This document shows, in pieces, positions 1 through 9,083 of a DNA stretch of 64,000 bases. Made by a program: the position numbers and the translations under genes. The notes beneath the pieces were generated by a model, which was not told the DNA's origin, did not search any database, and worked only from the letters and a program-made list of their open reading frames with translations. Positions within the stretch are counted from its first letter, which is position 1. Each line of letters opens with the position of its first letter. Source of the DNA: an uncultured Clostridia bacterium (GTDB taxonomy: Bacteria; Bacillota; Clostridia; Christensenellales; CAG-138). The stretch spans positions 1-64,000 of the forward strand of contig CALVWJ010000001.1 of the NCBI GenBank assembly GCA_944366945.1. Direction: 5' to 3'.

Positions 1-276
1 TTGGTGGAGCTCATGGTGGATACCGTCTGTTCCCGCAGGGAGACGATCCGCATTGCCGGGGACGACTATCCGGCGGAGGTGGTCAAATCCCGGTTCCTGA
101 AGCTGAACAGTTCCCACATCGAGTATGTGTTGGACCGTATGCGGGAGAACACCACCTATGTCCGCAACATCAAGAAATATCTGCTGGCTGCCCTGTATAA
201 CGCCCCGGCCACCATCGACAGCTACTATGCGTCCCTGGTGAACCACGACCTGTACGGCAGCGGAGAAAGGAGGTAA
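1..276 (+). CDS. Conjugative-element protein, C-terminal fragment (5' end outside window), function unknown
   Basis: Open frame runs off the window start. Sits immediately upstream of a PcfB-like gene in an ICE-type context. No recognisable catalytic motif. Confidence 0.35.
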   Translation: MVELMVDTVCSRRETIRIAGDDYPAEVVKSRFLKLNSSHIEYVLDRMRENTTYVRNIKKYLLAALYNAPATIDSYYASLVNHDLYGSGERR

Positions 277-282
277 TCACTC

Positions 283-771
283 ATGCAGGAAGAAGTCACC
301 CAGCGCACCGTTGCCCTCTGTGTGGAGGCCACCAAGCTCTCCGCCGGGATGCTGCAACAGGCCATGAAAAAAGTGCTGGACGAGATGCAGAAAGGAGTGA
401 CCGGCCGCAAGACCAAGCTGCACCACGGCAAGCAGACCCTCCGGCAGCTTATGAAGCACAACACCGGCGTTTCCAACATCGAAATCACCGACCAGAACAT
501 CCGGGCCTTTTCCGCCACCGCCAAGAAATACGGCATTGACTTTGCACTGAAAAAGGATACCAGCGGCGAGATACCCCGCTACCTGGTGTTCTTCAAGGGC
601 CGGGATGCCGACGTCATCACGGCGGCTTTTCGGGAGTTTTCCGCAAAGAACCTGGAGAAAGAGAAAAAGCCCTCCATCCGCAAGGAGCTGGACCAGGCAA
701 AGCAGCAGGCCAAAACCCAGCACCGCCAGCGGGAGAAGGTCAAGACCAAAGACCGGGGTGTGGAATTATGA
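283..771 (+). CDS. PcfB family (DUF3801) conjugative element protein
   Basis: ATG with GGAGG RBS 7-8 nt upstream. N-terminus MQEEVTQRTVAL... and lysine-rich C-terminal tail match my memory of PcfB-family proteins of Firmicute ICEs. Followed directly by a TraG-like gene. Confidence 0.55.
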   Translation: MQEEVTQRTVALCVEATKLSAGMLQQAMKKVLDEMQKGVTGRKTKLHHGKQTLRQLMKHNTGVSNIEITDQNIRAFSATAKKYGIDFALKKDTSGEIPRYLVFFKGRDADVITAAFREFSAKNLEKEKKPSIRKELDQAKQQAKTQHRQREKVKTKDRGVEL

Positions 772-1408
772 CGGTTGATTTGAAGAAGATTCTCATCCTC
801 AACCTTCCATATCTGCTGTTCGTGTATCTCTTTGATAAGCTCTGCCAGGCGGTGCGCCTCGCGCCCGGCCTTGACGCCTCTGAAAAGTTCCTGCATTTGA
901 GCCAAGGCTTTACGGAGGCGTTTTCTTATGCGGCACCAAGCCTGCATCCGCTGGACCTGCTGGCAGGTATTGCCGGGGCGGTCATCGTCCGGCTGGCGGT
1001 GTACGCCAAAGGAAAAAACGCCCGCAAATATCGCCGAGGCATCGAATACGGCAGCGCCCGGTGCCGGGTGAAGTCGGATACGGCGAACTGAAGGTATTTA
1101 TTGGGATGCTCTCCATGACCGAGGGATACACCGAAAGCTATGGCAAAACCAGCGCCGTTATATCATTTCCTATACGGACGACACGGGCGAATCCCACACT
1201 GTGGAGCCGCAGTTGTCTACTGAGATCAAGCAGCCCGTCATTGCGGGCGAAAAGACCGAGGCGGAAGAGAAAGCCGAGCAGGAACAGAAGCGCGCCATGC
1301 GCCATGAGCCAGTGGTAGGTCAGCGCGCTCGTGGCCTTCGCCATTATCGCCGTCGTCGTTGCGCTGATTGTGGTCGGTAAGTTTGCCCGAATGATGAAGA
1401 TGAAATGA
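768..1408 (+). pseudogene. Truncated and frameshifted conjugative coupling protein (TraG/VirD4 family) plus downstream gene fragments
   Basis: First 100 aa look like a TraG/VirD4 N-terminal membrane region ending ...KYRRGIEYGSAR. The frame terminates after the GSAR(W) motif. Downstream sequence carries protein-like fragments in all three + frames, including a C-terminal TM anchor VAFAIIAVVVALIVVGKFARMMKMK* in a different frame. This is consistent with an internal deletion and decay. Confidence 0.5.
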
Positions 1409-1416
1409 CGTTTTTA

Positions 1417-1458
1417 CCGCTGTAGAGGCCGCTTCCTCTGTAGCGGTTTTACTTTTTC
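1417..1458 (+). terminator. Rho-independent terminator-like hairpin
   Basis: ccgctgtagagg / cctctgtagcgg stem (with G-U pairs) followed by ttttactttttc. Confidence 0.45.
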
Positions 1459-1911
1459 ACCGTTTCCCAAAATGAAATATGCACTGCTTGCTGCTGCGGC
1501 GTTTGCCGCATTGCGCTTCTCTTCTTTTGCGAATCCAACCATGGCTTATGAAAGCTTGTCGCCTAAATTTTCATAAAGAAACAAATACTCGGCCGATATG
1601 GATGCGCGAATTCCATTACCCTTAAAAGAACACAGGACGGAGTAAAAAACCCGTCTGCCAAACGCCGTGAAAGTCGTAGGGTTTCACGGTGCGCTCGATC
1701 ACCTCCATTTTTTCTTGATTCTCGCATAAAAATCAAGCTTTTACGGAGGTTTACAGATGAAAACGACTCGTTCGGATATATACAGAGCAGCATTTCAAAC
1801 TTTATTCAAAAAAGATTCATTGGGCTTTGCCAAAATCGCGCCCGCAGAGGGGGATATTGGACGAAAGGGGAAATGTACCGCTTCCGTGGGGATGGAAGGA
1901 GGTGAACTCTC

Positions 1912-2328
1912 TTGGAGCTATCTTCTTTCCAGCAGAAAACCATACAGCACCAATTTGACCGTTTTGCAAAACTGGTGATTGCAGGTGAAGCAAAAAAGCA
2001 GAAGAAGGAGCTTGCGCGGCGAGGTAATAATGAAAAATTGTTTTCGGACCTGTCGCAAAAAGAGCAGAATTGGCTTTGCATGGAAGATGTCTATCCGTCC
2101 GAATATTACTGTTTCACCGTTGTCGGATACGATGTCCTCGTAAGAAGCGAGGCTGTTGGCAAGGCACTTTCTCATCTGACAAAGGAAAAGCGCGATGTCA
2201 TTCTCCTGGCTTTCTTTCTTGGCATGAATGATGGTGAAATTGCCGCTTGCCTGGATCGGGCACGTCGGACGGTCTGTTATCAGCGGACAAGCTCTCTCAA
2301 ACAGATGAGGGACTATTTGGAGGATTAA
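1912..2328 (+). CDS. Sigma-70 family (region 4) RNA polymerase sigma factor, Tn916 Orf7-like
   Basis: TTG start with GGAGGTG RBS. Pattern SSFQ..I..QFD... and C-terminal region-4 HTH (REILLL.F.GM.D.EIA..L...R.TV..) closely resemble Tn916 Orf7 as I recall it. Confidence 0.65.
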   Translation: MELSSFQQKTIQHQFDRFAKLVIAGEAKKQKKELARRGNNEKLFSDLSQKEQNWLCMEDVYPSEYYCFTVVGYDVLVRSEAVGKALSHLTKEKRDVILLAFFLGMNDGEIAACLDRARRTVCYQRTSSLKQMRDYLED

Positions 2329-2332
2329 CAAT

Positions 2333-2578
2333 ATGGCGAATAAAACAAAAGCGGCACCCGCTTTGCTACCGTTTCCCGTCATAGCCGCAGCTATAAATGG
2401 CGATGCGGACGCAATCAACGCAGTAGTAAAGTATTATGCAGGCTATATTGCAGCTCTGTCTACAAGACAGCTTTACGATGAAAACGGAACACCCTTCCTT
2501 GGCGTTGATGAGGAAATGCGGCGGCGACTGGAAACCAAGCTCATAACCCGCATATTGAACTTTAAGCTAATAGTCTAA
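2333..2578 (+). CDS. Helix-turn-helix protein, Tn916 Orf8-like (ICE regulatory module)
   Basis: LLPFPVIAAAINGDADAINAVVKYYAGYI...VDEEMRRRLETKLI closely resembles Tn916 Orf8 as I recall it. Lies immediately after the Orf7-like sigma factor. Confidence 0.6.
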   Translation: MANKTKAAPALLPFPVIAAAINGDADAINAVVKYYAGYIAALSTRQLYDENGTPFLGVDEEMRRRLETKLITRILNFKLIV

Positions 2579-3075
2579 TTCTCCCGCCCGTATGGACAGG
2601 AGCGCGTCCCTTTCCGCGCTCCTCCTGCGGGATTTGGGCGTGCCTTTCTGTCAAAGCCCGCTTTCAAAGTGGGCTTTGACGAGCAGACAGCCAAATGCAC
2701 ATTGAAAACCACATAACCAGTATTATCAGATACGTTAGCCCCACAGAGAGCGCAAAAACGCATATGGTACAATATGCGGCCTGCTAATCTCCCGAGAAGC
2801 AAAGGAGATTCGCCATGACCCGTGAGGCCTATAATGATACTTCTGCGCAGTCGAGATTAAGTTCCAGAGCGCAGCCCGGGCGTTGCCGGGGTGGTGAAAA
2901 CCCAATGATGGCGGACGCTCCCGTCAGTCTGATATGCTGCCCATACGCCTCGGGGAGTAGTGTCGAATAGAGGCGCGTTGAAGATATGGAAATATGCACG
3001 GCGGTCTATTGCTGCCATCGTGCAGATTCACATGGACCGCCGTTGATTTACAGCTTACACTTGTGAGGTGTTATC

Positions 3076-3297
3076 ATGAGTCCTACATTATCCAAAAGAG
3101 ACGCTTATCGGGTTATGTTTCGTGATTATCCCGATGTTGTATCTGTGGAGCAGATGAGTGAGATGTTGGGTATCTGCGAAAAATCTGCATATCGGCTTTT
3201 ACATGAAAACAAGATCGCTCATTTCAGAATTGGGCGCACCTATAAAATCCCGAAGCTTCACATTTTTGCCTACCTCAATGTAATCCATTGCGGCTGA
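3076..3297 (+). CDS. xis: Excisionase-family HTH DNA-binding protein (Xis-like)
   Basis: 73-aa HTH protein directly upstream of a tyrosine integrase, the canonical xis-int arrangement. Confidence 0.55.
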   Translation: MSPTLSKRDAYRVMFRDYPDVVSVEQMSEMLGICEKSAYRLLHENKIAHFRIGRTYKIPKLHIFAYLNVIHCG

Positions 3298-3390
3298 CTT
3301 CGTACCTTTGCGTCGCTATCTGCCCGTTGCTATACTGAAATCGTCAACAACGGGTGAATGTGGCTGCTACAACAAAAGGAGGATTATAAA

Positions 3391-4557
3391 ATGGTAGCAG
3401 GGCACCTAAGAGAAAAAAACGGGACTTTTCAGATTGTTTTGAGCTACAAAGATGCTCTTGGCAATCGAAAAACCAAATCCATCAGTACAGGACTTCCTAT
3501 TAAGGGAAACAAAAAGCGGGCGGAAGCCATGCTCATGGAAGCCCGACAGAACTTTGACAACGGCGTTTCCGGCGATAGCAAGAACAATCCAAAGAACATC
3601 TTGTTTACGGAGTTTATGTTGGAATGGCTGGAAATGATGAAGAACAGCGTAGAGATTACCACCTATGCCAATTATGCTATGGTAATCAAAAGCCGCATCA
3701 ATCCTTATTTTAGGGACAAGGGGCTTACGCTCTCGGAGCTTACTCCTAAACATATTCAAGATTACTACCTGTATAGCTTGAATGTGGAGAAGGTAAGCGC
3801 CAATACTGTGATTCATCGTCACGCCAACATAAGAAAGGCTCTCCAATACGCGCTGAAGCTCGGCTTGATCGACTTTAATCCGGCAGATAGGGTAGAGCGA
3901 CCAAAGAAGAACAAATATGTAGCTACCACCTACAACGAAAAGGAGTTAAAAAAACTGTTTGCCGCCGTCATAGGCCAGCGTATCGAGTTTGCCGTCATCC
4001 TTGGCGCATTCTATGGTTTACGCCGTAGTGAGATCGTCGGCATAAAATGGGATGCGATTGATTTTGAACGCAAAACCTTCACAATCAAGCATACCGTCAC
4101 AGAAGTCATGTTGGATGGTAAGGTAACTATGATTGACAAGGAGCGGACGAAAACAAAGTCCAGTCATCGCACATTGCCGTTGGTAAAACCGTTTGAGGAG
4201 CTGCTGCTTCGCATGAGAGCGGAGCAAGAATCCAATCGGCGGGTATGTGGTAACGCGTATTGCAGAAAGTATTTGGACTACATTTATGTGAATGAGCTGG
4301 GTGAGCTTGTAAAACCTAACTTCATTACTCAGAACTTCGCTATTGTTCTTGCAAACAATGAGTTGAAAAAGATCAGATTTCATGACCTTCGGCATAGCTG
4401 CGCCAGTCTCCTGTACGCACATGGTGTGAGCTTGAAAGAGATTCAAGAATGGCTTGGGCATAGCGATATATCTACGACTTCCAACATTTACACCCACTTG
4501 GATTACAGTTCAAAAGTATCTTCGGCGAATGCGATTTTAAGTGTTTTTCCGACCTAA
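3391..4557 (+). CDS. int: Tyrosine-type site-specific integrase (Int-Tn916 family, with N-terminal arm-binding domain)
   Basis: AAGGAGG RBS before the ATG at 3391. C-terminal catalytic signature HDLRHSCASLLYAHGVSLKEIQEWLGHSDISTTSNIYTHL (R..H..R..Y). N-terminal AP2-like arm domain. Local GC is visibly lower than the flanks. Confidence 0.85.
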   Translation: MVAGHLREKNGTFQIVLSYKDALGNRKTKSISTGLPIKGNKKRAEAMLMEARQNFDNGVSGDSKNNPKNILFTEFMLEWLEMMKNSVEITTYANYAMVIKSRINPYFRDKGLTLSELTPKHIQDYYLYSLNVEKVSANTVIHRHANIRKALQYALKLGLIDFNPADRVERPKKNKYVATTYNEKELKKLFAAVIGQRIEFAVILGAFYGLRRSEIVGIKWDAIDFERKTFTIKHTVTEVMLDGKVTMIDKERTKTKSSHRTLPLVKPFEELLLRMRAEQESNRRVCGNAYCRKYLDYIYVNELGELVKPNFITQNFAIVLANNELKKIRFHDLRHSCASLLYAHGVSLKEIQEWLGHSDISTTSNIYTHLDYSSKVSSANAILSVFPT

Positions 4558-4672
4558 CATTTCCCAAGGCAGAAAGGATACAGCTGAAATAACGGTACTT
4601 TCCTTAAAAGCGAGGGATTTGGGGGGATAAGAAAAGCCCGAAAACCTTAGATGTTATGCTGGTTTTCGGGCA

Positions 4673-4759
4673 TGGTGCCGGTGGTGGGACTCGAACCCAC
4701 ACGTTGTCGCCAACAACGGATTTTGAATCCGTCACGTCTGCCAATTCCATCACACCGGC
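4673..4759 (-). tRNA. tRNA-Leu (anticodon CAA), type II with long variable arm, CCA encoded
   Basis: Reverse complement reads GCCGGTGTGATGGAATTGGCAGACGTGACGGATTCAAAATCCGT...GTGGGTTCGAGTCCCACCACCGGCACCA. It has a 7-bp acceptor stem, an anticodon loop TTCAAAA and a GTTCGAGTC T-loop. Its 3' end is 115 bp from the int stop. Confidence 0.85.
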
Positions 4760-4900
4760 GCATCTTCAATCCCTTAGAGAACAAATCTCGGAAAATGGAG
4801 GGATGTTAGGAGGGATGTAGAAGCAAAAATCGGATATTCGATTGTCAAAAATGCCCTAAACGTGGGCTCTTCGCCGAATGTCACGGAGGATGGCGAAGTA

Positions 4901-4942
4901 GATTTTGAGTCCGTCACGTCTGCCAATTCCATCACTTCGGCG
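4901..4942 (-). repeat. 42-nt imperfect direct repeat of the tRNA-Leu 5' half (positions 1-41 of the tRNA), probable att scar or tRNA pseudo-fragment
   Basis: gattttgagtccgtcacgtctgccaattccatcacttcggcg versus tRNA region 4719-4760 ggattttgaatccgtcacgtctgccaattccatcacaccggcg (3 mismatches). The flanking sequence can form an acceptor-like stem but has no T-arm. Confidence 0.6.
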
Positions 4943-5079
4943 GATTACGAAAGAGAGTTTACCACAATTTGAACGATTCCGCAACCATAAAGTGTTTAAT
5001 TGCGTTATAATTAATATTAAAGCAAAATGCAAAGAACGCTTGTTTTGCTTTAAATCAGCTTTGCGGAGGAGGTAACCAG

Positions 5080-6054
5080 GTGAAACGGCGAACCGGGCTT
5101 ATGGCGGCCATGTTAGCGTTCCTGCTTCTGTTTGCAGGATGCGCTGCCAATAAAAACAATGCCACCAGCAGCGATGAAAGCATGAGCGAACGCCCGCAGA
5201 TGGCGGTGGAAGGAAGCGGTGAAGCTGCATATGATGCTTCTTATGGGCTGAGCGCAAGCCCAGAAGAGGTTAAACAGGCGGATGACGCGCAGGCACTTTA
5301 TGGGGGCCGAAAGGTAATCATGACCTACGATATCCGGCTGGAAACGGATGGGTTTGATGCTTTGATTGTTGCCTTGAAGGAGCGCCTTACGGCGATGGGC
5401 GGGTATGTGCAGAACTCCTACATCGATGGAAAAGAGCCGGAGTTTTATGGCGATAGCGGCCGTACAGCTACGCTTTCCCTGCGTGTTCCCGCTGAAAAGG
5501 CGGAAGCATTCTTCTCCGACTTGAAAACAATGGGGAACGTGCAGAGCGAGTGGGTCTATACGGACGATGTTACCACGGCTTACTTCGATAAGGAAACGCG
5601 CCTTTCTGTGCTCAACACCCAGCTGGAACGGCTGGAAAACATCTTGGTGCAAACGGATAACCTTGCGGATGTGCTGGCGCTTGAAGAGGAAATCGCCCGC
5701 GTGATGCTGGAGATTGAATCGCTGACCGGCGAGCTGCGCCGCTACGATGCGCTGATTGAATACAGCACGGTGGATGTGACGGTGTATGAAACCATTTACC
5801 GCGAAGGACCGGCTGGCGCAAAGAGCGTGGGCGAGCGGATCCAGGCGGGCTTCTCAGACTCACTGCATGGTGTTGGCGCGTTTTTTGTGAATGCGTTCGT
5901 GTGGCTCGTTTCAGCGCTGCCGGTGCTCATCGTGTTGGGCATCATTGCTGCGGTAGTACTTATCTGCATCCGCGCGGCACGCAAACGCCGCAGGGCACAT
6001 AAGGACGAAGCGGAAAAAACAGAAAAATTATATGAGGAGAGCAAAAAACAATGA
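5080..6054 (+). CDS. DUF4349-like lipoprotein (N-terminal lipobox, C-terminal TM anchor)
   Basis: GTG start with GGAGGAGG RBS. Signal peptide with lipobox LFAGC. C-terminal TM helix followed by a basic tail. Confidence 0.6.
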   Translation: MKRRTGLMAAMLAFLLLFAGCAANKNNATSSDESMSERPQMAVEGSGEAAYDASYGLSASPEEVKQADDAQALYGGRKVIMTYDIRLETDGFDALIVALKERLTAMGGYVQNSYIDGKEPEFYGDSGRTATLSLRVPAEKAEAFFSDLKTMGNVQSEWVYTDDVTTAYFDKETRLSVLNTQLERLENILVQTDNLADVLALEEEIARVMLEIESLTGELRRYDALIEYSTVDVTVYETIYREGPAGAKSVGERIQAGFSDSLHGVGAFFVNAFVWLVSALPVLIVLGIIAAVVLICIRAARKRRRAHKDEAEKTEKLYEESKKQ

Positions 6055-6881
6055 AGAAGAAACTCGTCGTGATTGGTGCTGCAGCTTTGTGCATGGCCTT
6101 GCTTGCCGGCTGCAAATCCGAGGAGCAGATCGCACAGAATTCCCAACCCCAATCCACCGTGATCTCCCCAGACGTTCATATTACCCAGGACGCATCTGAA
6201 CGCGACACGCTCACCGTGAACGGCGAAGGAGAAGTAAGGCTTACGCCGGATCTTGCGAGCGTTTCCATTTTGATCAACACCACGGAGCAAAAGGCGGCGG
6301 AGGCGCAGCGCATCAATGCCGAATTGACGGAGGCTGTGCTTGCTTCCCTCAAGGCCAACGGCATCCAGGATGCGGACATCAAAACGGAGAGTGTTTCCTT
6401 GTCTGAAGAATATAACTATGAAAAATCACCCGCTGAGCTTACGGGGTATTCCATGCGCAATGTGCTCAGCGTCACGGTACGGGAGATCGATTCGGTGGGA
6501 AAGGTAATTTCGGATGCGATTGCCGCAGGAGCAACAGGCACATCCAACCTCGCGTTTACTGTATCGGATAGCACCGGTGCTTATCAAGATGCGCTGAAAG
6601 CAGCGGTGGCACAAGCGCAGGGCAAGGCCGAAGCCACGGCAGAGGCATTAGGGGTGGAGCTCTCGCCGATTCCCGCCTCCGTAAACGAGGTAAGCAGCAG
6701 CTACCAGCCATACCTTTACGACAATACATTCGTGGAAGAAGTCCCGGAGGCTACCAGCAGCCCCAGCGCGAACGATGTTCCGGTCAGCACAGGAGAGCTT
6801 ACCATAACCGCGAAGGTAAACGTGGTGTATGAGATCGTTTCGGCGTATAGCGATGTATCCGAATCCGAACCGGAAGCTTAA
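6051..6881 (+). CDS. SIMPL domain (DUF541) lipoprotein
   Basis: Lipoprotein signal LLAGC. The C-terminal LTITAKVNVVYEI motif is typical of SIMPL/DUF541 proteins. Confidence 0.7.
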   Translation: MKKKLVVIGAAALCMALLAGCKSEEQIAQNSQPQSTVISPDVHITQDASERDTLTVNGEGEVRLTPDLASVSILINTTEQKAAEAQRINAELTEAVLASLKANGIQDADIKTESVSLSEEYNYEKSPAELTGYSMRNVLSVTVREIDSVGKVISDAIAAGATGTSNLAFTVSDSTGAYQDALKAAVAQAQGKAEATAEALGVELSPIPASVNEVSSSYQPYLYDNTFVEEVPEATSSPSANDVPVSTGELTITAKVNVVYEIVSAYSDVSESEPEA

Positions 6882-6903
6882 TCGGGTAGAATAGGCAAAT
6901 AAA

Positions 6904-6943
6904 AGCGATGCAAAAAGTGGCGAAAGCCACTTTTTGCATCGCT
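6904..6943. terminator. Bidirectional rho-independent terminator (perfect 18-bp inverted repeat)
   Basis: agcgatgcaaaaagtggc-gaaa-gccactttttgcatcgct lies between the convergent SIMPL (+) and flotillin (-) genes, with T/A runs on both sides. Confidence 0.7.
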
Positions 6944-6968
6944 GCTTGGTTCTTATATCGGCTTTGTA

Positions 6969-8366
6969 TTACGTTTCCTTTTTGGACGCTGCTTCCGCTT
7001 CCGCAGTGCCTTCGCCCTTGGCTGCACCGAGATAGCTGGGAAGCTGCATGCCTGCCATGTCAAATAGCTCCTGCATGGGCGGGATGCTCTTTACGATGCC
7101 GGAGAGGAAATTGGCAGTTGCAGTCTTGTCGCCATTCGCCCCATCCCAAACGGTAACTTTGTCGATCTTGATGTTCTTGATGGCATCCACTTGGATCTGC
7201 ATGAGCGCTTCCATCTTGTCGGCCAGCATGAGGCGCAATGCATCCGCCGGGTTGCCTGCTGCGGCGACCACCTGGGAGAAACCATCTGCCTGCTTGATGA
7301 GCATTTCCTGCGCGCCGCGGGCTTCCGCTTCCATGCGCATGTAGATCGCGTCTGCTTCACCGCGTGCTTTGCGCCGGATCTGCTCGGCCTGGGCTTCGGC
7401 TTCGAGCTCAATGCGCCGTTTTTCCACTTCGGTCTTCACGATGATGTCCGCTTCGAGTGTGGCCTTTTCGCGCGCTGCGCGGGCCTCTTCTGCTGCGCGT
7501 TCTGCGGAGTAGGATTCTTCAAGCGCTTTTGCCGCCTGCACTTTTTCCGCTGCGGTCGCAACGCGCTGTGCTTCCGCTTCCTGCTCGCGCAGCTTGGCGT
7601 TGGAGCGGGTTACATCAATGCGCGCATCGTTTTCACCCTGGATGGCGGTTGCGTTTGCCTGCGCCACCTTGATGCGCTGATCCATGTTGGCATTCGCTTC
7701 GCCGATCGCGCCGTCGCGTTCCTTTTCCGCAACGGATTTCTTTGCATCGTTGATGGCTTTGGCAGCGGCTTCACGGCCAAGCGCCGTAATATATCCGGAC
7801 TCATCGCTGATGTCCGTTACGTTTACGTTGATTAAGCGCAAACCGATCTTTTTAAGTTCGGTTTCCACGTTGCGGGAGACTGCCTCAAGGAACTTGTCGC
7901 GGTCGGTATTGATTTCTTCAATGTCCATCGTCGCCACAACGAGGCGCAGCTGGCCGAAAATGATATCCTTTGCCAATTCCTGGATCGAAGCAAGGCTTAG
8001 GCCAAGCAGGCGTTCCGCCGCATTCTGCATAACGCCCTGCTCGGTAGAGATTCCGACCGTGAAGCGGGAGGGGACGTCTACGCGGATGTTCTGGCGGGAA
8101 AGCGCGTTGACGAGATCTACCTGCAGGGACATGGGTGTAAGATCCAGAAACTGATAGGCCTGCACCAGCGGCCATACAAATGCTGCGCCGCCATGGATGC
8201 AGATGGATGATTTGCTCGAACCATCCTTGTTACGACCCACCTGGCCATAAATAACCATGATCTTGTCCGAAGGGCATTTCTTGTAGCGCGTGAGCAGCAC
8301 GAGCAGCAAGGAAAACAACAGCACCGCGATTACAACTACGGCAAGGATTCCTTCCAATCCAGGCAT
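6969..8366 (-). CDS. floT: Flotillin family SPFH/band-7 protein (FloT/YuaG-like)
   Basis: N-terminal TM, SPFH domain and long EA-rich coiled coil (EAEAQ repeats). Start placed at the ATG with AAGGGGG RBS. The longer N-terminal extension in the ORF track is rejected. Confidence 0.85.
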   Translation of the reverse strand: MPGLEGILAVVVIAVLLFSLLLVLLTRYKKCPSDKIMVIYGQVGRNKDGSSKSSICIHGGAAFVWPLVQAYQFLDLTPMSLQVDLVNALSRQNIRVDVPSRFTVGISTEQGVMQNAAERLLGLSLASIQELAKDIIFGQLRLVVATMDIEEINTDRDKFLEAVSRNVETELKKIGLRLINVNVTDISDESGYITALGREAAAKAINDAKKSVAEKERDGAIGEANANMDQRIKVAQANATAIQGENDARIDVTRSNAKLREQEAEAQRVATAAEKVQAAKALEESYSAERAAEEARAAREKATLEADIIVKTEVEKRRIELEAEAQAEQIRRKARGEADAIYMRMEAEARGAQEMLIKQADGFSQVVAAAGNPADALRLMLADKMEALMQIQVDAIKNIKIDKVTVWDGANGDKTATANFLSGIVKSIPPMQELFDMAGMQLPSYLGAAKGEGTAEAEAASKKET

Positions 8367-8413
8367 TTTGAGTTTACCCCCTTGTGATATGTTGAATTGT
8401 ATCAAATGATCGC

Positions 8414-9062
8414 TCAGCTTTTGGGCTGCACGATCAGCGTTGTCTTGCCGGATACGCCGATTACAATGACTTCTGCCCCGGTTTTGATGGGCGTTTGGCA
8501 ATCGGTTACGGCATCAATCTGCGTAAGCCGATCCTGCAAAAGCAGCGTTACTTTGCCCACTTCCGTGCGCGCAGGCGGGATCGTTAAATAAACAGTACCG
8601 GAAAGTCCCACGGCGTTGCGCACATCTAGCGTACCGTTGCATTGCAGGCGTAGGAAAGATTTAAGGATGAGCGCCGTCAGAACCATGGCGAAGGCGCCGG
8701 ATGCAACGGCAATCAATACCGCAATAGCACGGTCCATACCGCTGCGAAGCAGGGCCAGGCCAACCCAGCCACCCACAGCAAACAGCGCAATGATGCCGCG
8801 CAGGGAAAAAAGCTGAAGCCCCGCGCCGAAGCCGGCGTCTTGATCTCCGATAGAAGATGCGTCCGCGGCGCTGATATCCGGAATGTCCGGGATACCATCG
8901 CCATCCACATCAATGGTCAGATCCATGTCCGCATCCGCACCGTGGCCAAGGCCGATGAGCGTCAGCACAAATTGGATCAAAAGCAGTGCGGTTGCTGGAA
9001 AGGCGACAAACGCAAAGCCGCGTTCCAGCGCATCGAGCGATCCCCACCAGGCAAGCATATTG
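8414..9062 (-). CDS. NfeD family membrane protein (flotillin-associated, C-terminal OB-fold)
   Basis: Multi-TM N-terminal part plus C-terminal beta-rich domain, immediately upstream of flotillin (the yuaF-floT arrangement). GGGGGAGG RBS before the ATG at 9062. Confidence 0.7.
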
Positions 9063-9083
9063 ATTCCTCCCCCATAGAAACAA

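Noticed and set aside
1470-1574. 34-aa signal-peptide-like small ORF (MKYALLAAAAFAALRFSSFANPTMAYESLSPKFS) in the ICE remnant
   Set aside because: No RBS. It lies in a decayed region and is too short and unsupported to call. It may be a fragment of a former lipoprotein gene.
4861-4942. Possible second tRNA gene next to tRNA-Leu
   Set aside because: It has an acceptor-like stem and a D/anticodon region copied from tRNA-Leu, but the anticodon stem is disrupted and there is no GTTCGA T-arm. It is called a partial repeat/pseudo-tRNA rather than a functional tRNA.
8367-8501. N-terminal extension of the flotillin ORF (start at 8501) suggested by the ORF track
   Set aside because: The extension lacks an RBS and would remove the N-terminal TM from the start of the protein. 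The ATG at 8366 has an AAGGGGG RBS and begins with the expected hydrophobic helix.
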